Assembly (NCBI GenBank): GCA_041497895.1
Contig: JBGQHJ010000046.1
Span: forward strand, 1-30,499
DNA from: Candidatus Methylomirabilia bacterium
Lineage (GTDB): Bacteria; Methylomirabilota; Methylomirabilia; Rokubacteriales; CSP1-6
Direction: 5' to 3'
Length of the DNA stretch: 30,499 bases
The position numbers and the translations under genes were made by a program. Below are positions 8,842 to 18,054 of this stretch, one piece after another. Each line of letters opens with the position of its first letter. Positions within the stretch are counted from its first letter, which is position 1. The notes beneath the pieces were generated by a model. The model was not told where the DNA came from and ran no database searches. It was given only the letters and a program-made list of their open reading frames with translations.

Positions 8842-9384
8842 ATGGCGACCGTGGTGGACCTGCTGAGATCGAGGCGGCCGAGCGCGCCCGGCCTGCTCGG
8901 AGCGGCCCTGGTGTCGATGCTCCTGGCCGGCTGCGCCGGCGAGAGCGGCATCGGCCTGCACGGCGGCCAGACCGCCGCCCAGCTCGAGGAAGATCGCGCC
9001 AAGTGCCTGCCGTTCGTGCAGGCGCACACCGACGCCGGCGCGGACCTGGCCGAGACGACGTGCCTGATCGCGCGGGGCTACCGCGCCCCGCTCTCCATCG
9101 TGCAGGGGCCGTCTCGAATCGGCTACCTGTACGTGGAGAAGCGTGGGGAAGCCCCCGGGATGCTGACCGACTTCCAGGGCTGCCAGGTCGAGGCCTTCAA
9201 GACGCCGACGCCGGTGATCCCCGACACGGACACCTCCGGGATCTTCTCCAACCTCTACGCCAAGTTCTTCCCCCGCGGGATGACCTCCAAGCCGCCGAGC
9301 CCGGACGACTGGGTGCTCAAGTACTTCGCGGCCTGCCTGACCCGCCGTGGCTACGAGGTGTCCGGGGCCAGTCGCTACCAGTGA
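8842..9384 (+). CDS. Hypothetical lipoprotein
   Basis: 180 aa. Lipobox LLAGC and two C...CLxxRGY modules. Good GC3 codon bias. Confidence 0.7.
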   Translation: MATVVDLLRSRRPSAPGLLGAALVSMLLAGCAGESGIGLHGGQTAAQLEEDRAKCLPFVQAHTDAGADLAETTCLIARGYRAPLSIVQGPSRIGYLYVEKRGEAPGMLTDFQGCQVEAFKTPTPVIPDTDTSGIFSNLYAKFFPRGMTSKPPSPDDWVLKYFAACLTRRGYEVSGASRYQ

Positions 9385-9455
9385 GGGCCGCTCACGGCGA
9401 CGGCGGCAGGTCGCCGGCGCTCCAGCCGCCCCCCGACCGCCTTCTGACGCGCGCA

Positions 9456-9878
9456 TCATTCCCCACCGCGCCGGAAGGCGATCTCGATGTCCGCTCCGGT
9501 GGTGGGGTCGTTGGCCACCCCGTACATCGTGTCGCCGGACCGGATGAGCGACGACCACCGCCCCTGGGAGAAGACGACCAGCCGCCCTCTCTCGGCCACG
9601 GTGCCGGACCAGCGGCCCGGCTTCGCGAGATTGTTCGCCGCCGCGGTCGGCGTGATCGACAGCGTGAAGGTCCCGTCTCTCTCGATCCGCAGCAGGCACG
9701 TGCCTTCGTCCGCCCAGTACGAGCCGCCGAGCCACCAGAAGACACCGTGCCAGCTCCCGGCCAGGTCCTGGGTGGGCGAGGCAGGGCCGGACGTCGAAGC
9801 GCCGACGCCCGCGCAGCCGGCGATGAGCGAGCCGAGCGTGAGCGCCGTGAGGGCGATCTCGAGTGTTCGCCGTCGCAT
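9456..9878 (-). CDS. Hypothetical lipoprotein (beta-rich)
   Basis: 140 aa. MRRR, hydrophobic stretch and lipobox LIAGC; DLAGSWHG motif; AGGAGG RBS. Confidence 0.75.
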   Translation of the reverse strand: MRRRTLEIALTALTLGSLIAGCAGVGASTSGPASPTQDLAGSWHGVFWWLGGSYWADEGTCLLRIERDGTFTLSITPTAAANNLAKPGRWSGTVAERGRLVVFSQGRWSSLIRSGDTMYGVANDPTTGADIEIAFRRGGE

Positions 9879-9900
9879 AGGATTGGCTCCTCCTACTCAT

Positions 9901-9930
9901 TTGGATGGCACCGGACCAGGGTCGGGTTCC
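9901..9930 (-). promoter_or_regulatory. Putative ECF-sigma promoter
   Basis: GGAACCC-N16-CATCCAA upstream of the lipoprotein RBS. A similar motif lies at 15331-15359. Confidence 0.4.
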
Positions 9931-9949
9931 GCCGCCCGCCGCGATCCGA

Positions 9950-11131
9950 TCAGTCGCCGTAGCCGACCAGCTCGACGTAGCCGCGGCCCGCGATCGGGCG
10001 GCCGGCGGCGATGCCCTCGACGCCCACCGCGCCCTCCCAGTAGCGAGTGCCGACGATCAGCTCCTGGTCGGCCAGCCGGGGGGTGATCTCGAGGCTGAGC
10101 CCCGCCGAAGGGATGGCGAGGCGCCAGCGGCTCGGGTATCGCACCCGGCTCCTCGGGCTCGTCCAGTGGTCTCGCGCGTCGAGCGTCACGTCGACCGCGG
10201 CGAGCGGCCGCGTACCCCCGTCGGCGGCGATGAGCGTCCCGGTACTGTGGGGGTCGACCGCGCCGTCGCGCCGGCGCAGGCGGTACACCATGACGTCGCG
10301 CCCGTCGTCGAGCTGAAGCGCGAGCCAGTCCCAGCCGACCAGATCCGGGCCGAGCGCGCTCGTGCTCCACTCCCGGTCCATCCACGCGAGACCGGTGACC
10401 GGGAGCGGCTCGCCGCCCGCGCTCACGGTGCCGTGGGCGCTCATCCGCGACCGCGAGTAGTAGTAGGACGCATTCCCCGGCTCGGGGCCCTTCTGGCTCA
10501 GGCCGTGGTCGCCCTGGAGGGCGACCGGCTTGTCGCTCGCGAGCACCAGGTCGATGGCGACGTCCCCTTGCGCCGCGCGGAGGCGCACCGGCAGCCCGTC
10601 CGGGGCCTCGCTCGCCGCCGACCAGTCCTCGAGCCAGACCCGGAATGGAGCGGCCCGGGCTCCGGCCAGGCCGAGCGCTTCCCGGCCGAGCCGGCTCCAT
10701 GCGTGAAAGCGCCGGCCCGCGGTGTCGGTCAGCGCGAAGTGCGCGAGGTAGAGCTGGCTCGCCGACCACGCGGAGGCGCGCGCGGGCACGCCGGCCGCGG
10801 GCGGCGCGAGCGCGGTGCGGAAGAACGTGAGCTGGAATCCGAAGTGGCGCCCGCCGGCGGTCTCGAGATTCCCGGTGTAGTACCACCACTCGGTTCGGAA
10901 CTCGGGATGGGGGCCGAGGTCGGCGGGAAACGAGAACCGGCGCGGCGCCATCGCCCGCGCGAAGCCGGCCAGGTCGCCCAAGCCGAGCGCCGCGCTCACC
11001 GCCAGGCTCGCCTGGACGCCGCCCCGCCCCGCCGCGCCGTCGCGGGCCGGCCACGGGGCGAGGGCGGCCACCACGCCCACCGAGACGAGGGCCACCGCCA
11101 GGCCCAGGCCCACGCGGACGCGCCTACTCAT
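9950..11131 (-). CDS. Lipocalin-like / CrtC-type (AttH-like) secreted protein
   Basis: 393 aa. [61 protein letters not shown]. Confidence 0.88.
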   Translation of the reverse strand: MSRRVRVGLGLAVALVSVGVVAALAPWPARDGAAGRGGVQASLAVSAALGLGDLAGFARAMAPRRFSFPADLGPHPEFRTEWWYYTGNLETAGGRHFGFQLTFFRTALAPPAAGVPARASAWSASQLYLAHFALTDTAGRRFHAWSRLGREALGLAGARAAPFRVWLEDWSAASEAPDGLPVRLRAAQGDVAIDLVLASDKPVALQGDHGLSQKGPEPGNASYYYSRSRMSAHGTVSAGGEPLPVTGLAWMDREWSTSALGPDLVGWDWLALQLDDGRDVMVYRLRRRDGAVDPHSTGTLIAADGGTRPLAAVDVTLDARDHWTSPRSRVRYPSRWRLAIPSAGLSLEITPRLADQELIVGTRYWEGAVGVEGIAAGRPIAGRGYVELVGYGD

Positions 11132-13736
11132 CGCGGAGCGCGTCGGCGGGCAGCGCGCGCGCCATCTTCCACGCGGGATAGAGCCCGGCCAGTACCGCCG
11201 CCAGCACCGACAGGGCCACCCCCTGGAGGAGGATCACCGGCGACGGATCGATGGGCATGGTCCAGCCGAACGAGCGCCGGTTGATCACGAACACGAGGAT
11301 CCCCGCCAGCAGGAGGCCGCCGGGCACCGCGAGCACGCCGGCCAGCAGCCCCATCAGACCGGTCTCGGCGGTCACGAGCCCCCACACCTGGCGCGGCGTC
11401 AGGCCGAGCGTGCGGAGCACCGCGATCTCGCGGGCCCGCTCGAGCTGCAGCGCCATGAGCGCGGCGAGCATGCCGATGAAGGCGACCGCGACGGTGAGGG
11501 TGCGCAGCACGCCGGTGATGGCGAAGGTGCGGTCGAAGATCTCGAGCGACGCCTCGCGCAGCGCCCGGTTCGAGCGGACGACGATCTCCTGGCCCCCGGC
11601 CGCGCGCGCGCGAAGGTCCGCGATCAGGGCGTCGAGGTCGGCCCCGGGCGCGGCCTCGATGGCGAGCCCCGAGACCTTGCGATCGTCCCAGAAGCGGTCG
11701 TAGGTCCGCCGGCCCATCACCACCACTCCCGCGCTCGATCCGTAATCGTAGAACACGCCGCCCACCCGGAAGTCGTGGTCGCCGCGGTCGGTGCGCAGCC
11801 GGACCGCATCGCCCACGCGCGCGCCGCGGCGATTGGCGTAGGGCTCGGAGACGATCACCGCGTCGCCGATCGCGCCACCACGGCCCGGGTCCCAGACCGC
11901 GTCCGCGCTCCCCTCGCGGAATCGCCAGCGCGGGGGCCGCGCGGGATCGACGTCGAGCGCGACCACCTGCACCGGGCCGCGGGGGCCGGGCACGAGGACG
12001 CCGCGCGACGTGCCCGCGCGGGCCACGCCGGGGGTGGCGGCGAGGCGCGCCACCAGCGCGGGATCGAGCGTGGCGTCCGGACGGTTGCCCACCAGGCTCG
12101 GCGCCGAGACGTAGACGTCGGCGCGCAGGGTGCCCTCGAGCCAGCTCACCACCGCCTCGCGGAAGCTCGCGATCATGATCCCGACGCCGATGGCCGCCGA
12201 CACCGCGATCATCAGCGCGGCGATGGCGACCGAGGTGCGGGAGAACGCGGCCACGATGCCGCGGGTGGCGAGCCGGCCGACGGTGCCGAACACGGCGACG
12301 GTGGGCGGATGGAGCAGCCGCAGCAGCCCGAGCGCGGCGGCGGGGGCGACGAGCGCGGAGCCGATCATGAGCACGAACAGACCCGCGAATCCTCCCACGA
12401 TGCCGGCGGGCAGGGCCAGGATCAGGGCGCCGCCCGCGGCCAGCCCCACCCCGATCCACGTCGCGCGCGGCACCATCCGCCGCGCGCTCGTCTCGAGCGC
12501 GCCCCGGCTCATCACCACCCGCGGCGGCGCGCCGGTCGCCTCGAGGGCGGGGGCGAGCGCGGCGGCGAGCGTCGCGCCCACCCCGAGGAGCACGCCCTTG
12601 GCGAGCACGAGCGGATCGAGCGTGACGTCGCGCACCGAGAGCACGAAGTAGAGGTCGTTGATCGTCCGGGTCACCAGCCCGAGCAGGCCCCGGGCGAGGG
12701 CGAAGCCGAGCGCCAGGCCCGCCGCGGTCCCCGCCACCCCGATCAGCGCGGCCTCGGTCATCACCAGCGCGAAGATCTCCCCACGCGTCACGCCGAGGGC
12801 GCGAAGGGCCCCGATGAGGGGACGGCGCTGCACCACCGAGAAGGTCATCGTCTGGTAGATGAGGAACATGCCGACGACCAGCGCGAGGAGCGACAGCGCG
12901 GTCAGGTTCCACTGGAAGGCGCGGATCATCTGCGCGGTGGTGCCGGCCCGGGCGCCCGCGGTGACCAGCTCCGCGCCGGGGGGCAGGCGGCGCGCGATGC
13001 GATCGAGCAGCGCGCGGCCGGCTGCGTCGTCGGAGGCGATGAGGTCGATGCGCCCGATCCGCCCGGCCGCGCCGAAGATCTCCTGGGCGCTCGCGATGTC
13101 GGTGACGAGCAGGCCGTCGAGGGCCCGGGCGCTCGCCGGATCGCCGGGGTCGAGCAGCCCCACCACCACGAGCTCGCGGCGCGCTCCCGCGGCGCGGATC
13201 GCGAGCCGGTCGCCCACCGCGAGGCCGAGCTCGTGCGCGGTGGGCCGCGCCACCAGCACCGCGCCGGGCCGGGTGACGAGCGCGGCCACCGTGGAGAGGC
13301 GATCGCGCGGCGGCGGGTCCCGGCGCTCGCCGGCGGCGGCGCCGGGAACGCTCGATCGACCCTCCTCGCCGAGGTACGGCCGGAACGGCTCCTCGGCGAA
13401 TGGATCGACGCCGAGCACGGTGAAGGTCCGCCCGGGTCGGTCCGCGGCCGCGACGTCCCCGGAGACGACCGGCGCGGCCAGGCGGGCTCCCAGCTCCACC
13501 TTCAACACCCGGTAGAAGTCGTCGGGCAGCCCCGAAGGGCCGGCGACGATCTGGTGCGTCGCGCGGCCGGTGACGGCCTCCGTCGCCAGCGAGAACGCCC
13601 GCCGCGCGCTCTCGTTGGCGAGATCGATCGAGACCGCGACGGCCACGCCGAGCGCGATGCCGAGCACCGCGAGGCCGACCTGCCACGGATGCCGCCCGAG
13701 ATGCCGGAGACCGATCCGGGCGAGCTGCCGCCTCAC
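11124..13736 (-). CDS. ABC permease with two FtsX/MacB domains (AttF/G-like)
   Basis: 870 aa, GTG start. [51 protein letters not shown] end. Confidence 0.9.
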   Translation of the reverse strand: MRRQLARIGLRHLGRHPWQVGLAVLGIALGVAVAVSIDLANESARRAFSLATEAVTGRATHQIVAGPSGLPDDFYRVLKVELGARLAAPVVSGDVAAADRPGRTFTVLGVDPFAEEPFRPYLGEEGRSSVPGAAAGERRDPPPRDRLSTVAALVTRPGAVLVARPTAHELGLAVGDRLAIRAAGARRELVVVGLLDPGDPASARALDGLLVTDIASAQEIFGAAGRIGRIDLIASDDAAGRALLDRIARRLPPGAELVTAGARAGTTAQMIRAFQWNLTALSLLALVVGMFLIYQTMTFSVVQRRPLIGALRALGVTRGEIFALVMTEAALIGVAGTAAGLALGFALARGLLGLVTRTINDLYFVLSVRDVTLDPLVLAKGVLLGVGATLAAALAPALEATGAPPRVVMSRGALETSARRMVPRATWIGVGLAAGGALILALPAGIVGGFAGLFVLMIGSALVAPAAALGLLRLLHPPTVAVFGTVGRLATRGIVAAFSRTSVAIAALMIAVSAAIGVGIMIASFREAVVSWLEGTLRADVYVSAPSLVGNRPDATLDPALVARLAATPGVARAGTSRGVLVPGPRGPVQVVALDVDPARPPRWRFREGSADAVWDPGRGGAIGDAVIVSEPYANRRGARVGDAVRLRTDRGDHDFRVGGVFYDYGSSAGVVVMGRRTYDRFWDDRKVSGLAIEAAPGADLDALIADLRARAAGGQEIVVRSNRALREASLEIFDRTFAITGVLRTLTVAVAFIGMLAALMALQLERAREIAVLRTLGLTPRQVWGLVTAETGLMGLLAGVLAVPGGLLLAGILVFVINRRSFGWTMPIDPSPVILLQGVALSVLAAVLAGLYPAWKMARALPADALRDE

Positions 13737-14449
13737 CCGCCGCTCCGGGCCGGGTCGCCGGGCGCGGCCGGCTCCTCGACGAGGCGACCCCGCTTCACCG
13801 AGAAGATGCGGTCGGCCACGCCGACGACCTCGCGGCTGTGCGTCACCATGACCACCGTCTTGCCGCCCTCCCGCGCGAGGCCGTCGAGCAGGGCCAGCAC
13901 CGCCGCGGCCGTCTCCGCGTCCAGCGTCCCGGTGGGCTCGTCGGCCAGGATGAGGGCGGGCTCGTGGACCAGGGCCCGCGCGATGGCGACCCGCTGTTGC
14001 TCGCCGCCGGACAGCCGGTCCGGCAGGCTCGCGCCCCGGCCGCCGAGGCCCACGCGCTCGAGCAGCCGGCGGGCCCGCGCCACGCCCGCCGCGTCGGCCA
14101 GGCCGTTCAGCTCCAGGGGCAGGAGCAGGTTCTCCTCGACGGTGAGGAGCGGGACCAGGTTGAAGAACTGGAAGACGAAGCCGATGCGGCGCCGGCGAAA
14201 CCGCGTCCGCGTGTCCTCGTCGAGCGCGGTGAGATCGGTGCCGTCGACCACGACGCGGCCCGAGGTCGGGCGGTCGATGCCCGCGATCAGGTTGAGCAGC
14301 GTCGACTTCCCCGAGCCGCTCCGCCCGACGAGCACCGCGATCTCCCCGGGCTCGATCGCCACCGAGACGTCGCTCAGCACGGCGCGCTCGGAGTCACCTT
14401 CGCGGTAGGTCTTGCTGACGTGGAGGAGCTCGACGGCGGGCCCGGGCAT
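13733..14449 (-). CDS. ABC ATP-binding protein (LolD/MacB-like, AttE-like)
   Basis: [44 protein letters not shown]. Confidence 0.92.
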   Translation of the reverse strand: MPGPAVELLHVSKTYREGDSERAVLSDVSVAIEPGEIAVLVGRSGSGKSTLLNLIAGIDRPTSGRVVVDGTDLTALDEDTRTRFRRRRIGFVFQFFNLVPLLTVEENLLLPLELNGLADAAGVARARRLLERVGLGGRGASLPDRLSGGEQQRVAIARALVHEPALILADEPTGTLDAETAAAVLALLDGLAREGGKTVVMVTHSREVVGVADRIFSVKRGRLVEEPAAPGDPARSGG

Positions 14450-14457
14450 GCCCCGCC

Positions 14458-14463
14458 ATTGTA
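14458..14463 (-). promoter_or_regulatory. -10 box, probable leaderless start of the ABC ATPase operon
   Basis: TACAAT 8 nt upstream of ATG 14449. Confidence 0.45.
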
Positions 14464-14512
14464 CAGGCCGCGGGTGCGCAGAGCGGGGGGCGATGCCCGG
14501 CGGACCGGTCGG

Positions 14513-15247
14513 CTATGCCGTTGACGGCCGGTGACGCACGAGCCCATTCACCACGACCGCCGCCACGCACCCGAGCGGCAGCCACCCGAGCAGGGACGAC
14601 GATCGCGTGTGGAGCAGGGCCCAGGTCAGGGCGCCCCCTCCGTAGACGAGGAAGACCGCGGCCAGGAGCCGCAGGTGCCGCGAGGACGAGCCGGCCGGCC
14701 AGCCGTCCGCGGCCTCGCCGGACGGCGGCGCGCCACGCGGGGAGAGCCATCCCACCAGCTCCGCCATCAGGCTGGTCAGCGTGCCGGTGATGTAGGTCGA
14801 CGCCACTCCGGGCACGCCGAGATGGCGGACCGCCGCGGCCTGGATCCCCATCGCGAGCCCCGACAGCGCGATCAGCACGACGATCACCACGTCGGCGCGC
14901 GCGGCCGTCGCCTTCACGTGCCACAGCGCTCCGAAGACGGCCAGGACCACACCCTCGAGAGCCAGCGTGGCGGTCACGATGGGCGGCCACGCGCCCCGCG
15001 CCCGCCGCCGGAGGAGCATCAGCGCCCCTCCGGCGGCGCCCACGCTGAAAGCCGCGAGCGCGAGGGTCGATCGGAGCGCGGCCATGAATTCGCCCTGGCC
15101 GATGGCCAGGGCGAGCAGCACCGTGTTCCCGGTCATCATCGCGGTGAACACGTGGCCCATCTCGAGATAGCTGATCGCGTCGATCAGGCCGGCGGCACAG
15201 GTGAGAACGAGAAGCATCGCGTCGCGACTCGCGGCTTCTCGCTTCAC
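14513..15247 (-). CDS. YoaK / DUF1275 family membrane protein
   Basis: LTCAAGLIDAISY...FTAMMTGNTVLL, AMGIQAA, STYITGTLT. GTG 15247 start is supported by the adjacent -10 box (alternative ATG 15217). Confidence 0.88.
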   Translation of the reverse strand: MKREAASRDAMLLVLTCAAGLIDAISYLEMGHVFTAMMTGNTVLLALAIGQGEFMAALRSTLALAAFSVGAAGGALMLLRRRARGAWPPIVTATLALEGVVLAVFGALWHVKATAARADVVIVVLIALSGLAMGIQAAAVRHLGVPGVASTYITGTLTSLMAELVGWLSPRGAPPSGEAADGWPAGSSSRHLRLLAAVFLVYGGGALTWALLHTRSSSLLGWLPLGCVAAVVVNGLVRHRPSTA

Positions 15248-15254
15248 CCGGCGA

Positions 15255-15263
15255 AGCTTAGCA
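15255..15263 (-). promoter_or_regulatory. Extended -10 promoter, leaderless yoaK-like gene
   Basis: TGcTAAGCT 7 nt upstream of GTG 15247. Confidence 0.5.
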
Positions 15264-15330
15264 CGGCGCGAAGACGAGGCGCCCCGCCCCCGGGTCCGGC
15301 CGGCCGGAATGGGCCCGTCGGCCGCCCGAC

Positions 15331-15359
15331 GGAACCCATCGCGGGCCCGCTGCATCAAA
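15331..15359 (+). promoter_or_regulatory. Putative ECF-sigma promoter
   Basis: GGAACCC-N15-CATCAAA upstream of the GGAGG RBS of the DksA/TraR gene. Resembles the RpoE-type GGAAC...TCAAA. Confidence 0.4.
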
Positions 15360-15392
15360 AGGCACGAGATCGGCCGGAGGAGGGCCGAGGCC

Positions 15393-15779
15393 ATGGACGA
15401 CATCAGAAAGGCATTGCAGGAGCAGCTCGCGCTCACGGTCGATCGCCTGAAGGGTCTGGGCGGGGCGGTGGCCTTCGAGGACGATCCCGGAGCCCGGGAA
15501 GACGAGGGCCAGGGCGCGGCCGCCGGGGATGCGGGGCGGATCAGCGAGGACCGGGAGATGACCTTCGCGGTGCGGGGGCTCCTCGTCGAGCGGGCCAATC
15601 GGCTCGCGCAGGCGCTCGACCGCCTCCGGTCCGGCGAGTACGGGACGTGCGAGGCCTGCGGCGAGCCGATCAGCCCGGCCCGCCTCCGGGCCATCCCCGA
15701 GGTCACGACGTGCGTCCGCTGCCAGGACGCGGAGGAGCGGCGGGCCCGCGTGGCCCCGGAGCAGCTGGCGCACCGCTGA
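15393..15779 (+). CDS. TraR/DksA C4-type zinc finger protein
   Basis: 128 aa. ALDRLRSGEYGTCEACGEPISPARLRAIPEVTTCVRCQ. Confidence 0.9.
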   Translation: MDDIRKALQEQLALTVDRLKGLGGAVAFEDDPGAREDEGQGAAAGDAGRISEDREMTFAVRGLLVERANRLAQALDRLRSGEYGTCEACGEPISPARLRAIPEVTTCVRCQDAEERRARVAPEQLAHR

Positions 15780-15895
15780 CATCGCTGTCCGCGCGGCGCG
15801 GGGCGCTGGCCATGCCCCTCGCCCCGCCACGCCTTGCGGACTCGGTCTGACGAGACGTACCCTCTCGGTGCGGGTCCGAGCGCCCCGCGCCCTCT

Positions 15896-16135
15896 ATGGC
15901 CATGTCGACCGCGGAAAAGATCGCAACCGGGCTCATCGGCGCTGTCCTCCTTCTCTCGACCGGGTGCGCACCCTTGCCAGACATCCGGCTGCGGAACCCT
16001 CAAACCGGCCAGACGTTCACCTGCTCGGGCGAGGCGGGACGGAGCGAGGGGCGATGGTGGGACGAGATGGCCAAGCGGACCCGTGACGGCTGTGTGCGGG
16101 ATCTGGAGGCTCAAGGTTACGTCGTCATCAAGTAG
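15896..16135 (+). CDS. Small hypothetical lipoprotein
   Basis: 79 aa. Hydrophobic leader with lipobox LSTGC; LRNPQTGQTFTC...CVRDLEAQGY. Confidence 0.65.
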   Translation: MAMSTAEKIATGLIGAVLLLSTGCAPLPDIRLRNPQTGQTFTCSGEAGRSEGRWWDEMAKRTRDGCVRDLEAQGYVVIK

Positions 16136-16145
16136 CCCTTCTGAG

Positions 16146-16766
16146 GTGGTGCCCCCATCAGCCCGGCGTATCGCCCCCGGCCTGATGCAGGCCACCCAGG
16201 TCTCGACGCCGTTCCACCGTCCCGGCTGGGTCTACGAGGAAAAGGTCGACGGCTATCGCGTGGTCGCGAACAAGACCGGCGAGTCCCTCCGCCTGATCAG
16301 CCGCAACGGAGCCGAATACACCAGGAGATTCCCCGAGCTGGCGCAGGCACTCGCGGCGCTCCCCGCAGAGGCGTTCACCCTCGACGGAGAGGTCGCGGTC
16401 TATGACCAGGCTCTCATCTCCCGCTTCGAGTGGCTGCGCGGGCGACCCAAGGATGTCCTGGCGTCCGCGCCGGTCTACATGGCGTTCGACCTGCTCGAGC
16501 TCGAAGGCAAGGACGTGCGGGGAGAGCCCTTGTGGAAGCGCCGGAAGCGCCTGGAGGAGTTGATCGCAGGTCAGCGGATGGTCTTGCCCGTCCGGAGGCT
16601 GTCGAGCAACGGCCTCAAGGCGTGGGCGCAGGCGCTGCATCGCGGCTACGAGGGCATCGTGGCGAAGGACCCGGAGTCACCCTATGAGGCGGGGCGCACG
16701 TTGCGGTGGCTCAAGGTGAAGCAGCCCGACTACCGGAAGGAAGCGAGAGGCTTCTATCGGGAGTAG
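16146..16766 (+). CDS. ATP-dependent DNA ligase, adenylation (NTase) domain only
   Basis: Motif I YEEKVDGYR, Ia ISRNG, III LDGEV, IIIa AFDLL, IV EGIVAK, V WLKVK. Stops 14 residues after motif V. Start uncertain (GTG 16146/16149 or ATG 16185). Confidence 0.85.
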   Translation: MVPPSARRIAPGLMQATQVSTPFHRPGWVYEEKVDGYRVVANKTGESLRLISRNGAEYTRRFPELAQALAALPAEAFTLDGEVAVYDQALISRFEWLRGRPKDVLASAPVYMAFDLLELEGKDVRGEPLWKRRKRLEELIAGQRMVLPVRRLSSNGLKAWAQALHRGYEGIVAKDPESPYEAGRTLRWLKVKQPDYRKEARGFYRE

Positions 16767-16796
16767 GCTCGCGGCTTCCCTCATGCCGCACACTCG

Positions 16797-16825
16797 TTGC
16801 GAGGGTGCGGTCTCTGATCCATAAT
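16797..16825 (+). promoter_or_regulatory. Sigma70 promoter, leaderless ParB-like gene
   Basis: TTGCGA-N17-CATAAT, 7 nt before ATG 16833, with no SD sequence. Confidence 0.55.
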
Positions 16826-16832
16826 CCCCGGC

Positions 16833-17738
16833 ATGGCGAAGTGGCGGGTCCACCCGGACGAGGAGCCGAGCCGGCAGGCGCAGACGCTGGCCGACCAGGT
16901 CGAGCAGGACGGCGGGACGGTGCTGGCCATCTACCGCGAGCCGGTGGGCGATCACTGGCAGATCTTCGCCCTGCTCCCGATGGACAAGGTGGAGCCGACG
17001 CCGTACCAGCGCGACCTCTCGCCCACCCACGTCAAGCGACTGCTGGAGGTGGTCAAGAAGATCGACCGCTTCGTCGACCCGGTGGTGATCATGTCGCCTC
17101 GCCCCGGCGTGTACTGGACGCCCAACGGCAACCACCGCCGCGCGGTGCTCGCCAAGCTCAAGGTCAAGACCATCCCCGCCATCCTGGTGCCCGAGCACGA
17201 GGTGGCCTTCCAGATCCTCGCGCTCAATACCGAGAAGGCCCACAACCTCAAGGAGAAGTCCCTCGAGGTGATCCGGATGTACCGCGGGCTGGTGGACGAG
17301 GCCCCGGGCAAGGACGAGGAGGGCTTCGCCTTCCAGTTCGAGTCGGCTCACTTCATCACCCTGGGCTTGCTCTACGAGCAGAACAAGCGCTTCGCGGGGG
17401 GCGCCTTCGCGCCGATCCTGCGCCGGGTGGACAAGTTCCTCAAGGGGCACCTCCCGAAGACGCTCAAGGAGCGCGAGGAGCGGGCCGCGCTGGTGCGGGA
17501 GGCGGACGAGGCGCTGGGCGGGGCGGTGGCCCGGATCAAGAAGCGCGGGATCAACCATCCGTACGTCAAGAACTACATCCTGGCCCGCACCACGCCGCTC
17601 ACCCGGCAGCGCAAGACGCTGCCCGGCTTCGAGCAGACGTTCCGCAAGCTCGTCGACAACATCGAGGCCTTCGACGTCTCCAAGGTGCGCTACGAGGACA
17701 TCCAGCGCTCGGCCATCATGGCCGTGCCCGCCGGTTGA
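16833..17738 (+). CDS. ParB/Srx N-terminal domain-containing protein (orphan)
   Basis: 301 aa. VEPTPYQRD, FVDPVVI, YWTPNGNHRRAVL, ILALNTEK. Confidence 0.8.
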   Translation: MAKWRVHPDEEPSRQAQTLADQVEQDGGTVLAIYREPVGDHWQIFALLPMDKVEPTPYQRDLSPTHVKRLLEVVKKIDRFVDPVVIMSPRPGVYWTPNGNHRRAVLAKLKVKTIPAILVPEHEVAFQILALNTEKAHNLKEKSLEVIRMYRGLVDEAPGKDEEGFAFQFESAHFITLGLLYEQNKRFAGGAFAPILRRVDKFLKGHLPKTLKEREERAALVREADEALGGAVARIKKRGINHPYVKNYILARTTPLTRQRKTLPGFEQTFRKLVDNIEAFDVSKVRYEDIQRSAIMAVPAG

Positions 17739-17742
17739 GCCC

Positions 17743-18054
17743 ATGGCGCGCCCGGGCAAGCTCTCCGAGACCGAGATCGCCTCGCGTCTGGCCGCGGTCC
17801 CGGGCTGGTCGGTGAAGGGCGGCAAGCTCCACCGGGAGCTCGCCTTCGCGGACTTCGCGCAGGCCTTCGCGTTCATGACCGACGTGGCGCGCGAGGCGGA
17901 GGCCCTCCAGCACCACCCGGAGTGGTTCAACGTCTACAACCGCGTGGTCATCGATCTCACCACCCACGACGCGGGCGGCATCACCACCCTCGACTTCGAT
18001 CTGGCCCGGCGGGCCGAGGACCTGGCCGGTCGCCGCGCCCGGCCCGCGTCATGA
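17743..18054 (+). CDS. phhB: Pterin-4-alpha-carbinolamine dehydratase
   Basis: 103 aa. Intact motif EALQHHPEWFNVYNRVVIDLTTHDAGGITTLD. Confidence 0.93.
   Translation: MARPGKLSETEIASRLAAVPGWSVKGGKLHRELAFADFAQAFAFMTDVAREAEALQHHPEWFNVYNRVVIDLTTHDAGGITTLDFDLARRAEDLAGRRARPAS

Noticed and set aside
9950..11131. Carotenoid biosynthesis (crtC)
   Set aside because: No other crt genes are present, and the context is the Att-like ABC module.
14513..16195. N-terminally extended ORF-track versions of YoaK, DksA, ligase, SDR, reductase, M16, nuclease, lactonase and SBP
   Set aside because: The extensions overlap neighbouring genes. Shorter starts are supported by RBS or -10 boxes and stop/start overlaps.
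16146..17738. Plasmid or prophage (ligase plus ParB plus TraR-like gene)
   Set aside because: No integrase, replication, parA or structural genes. The ParB-like gene has host-like codon usage and is coupled to metabolic genes.
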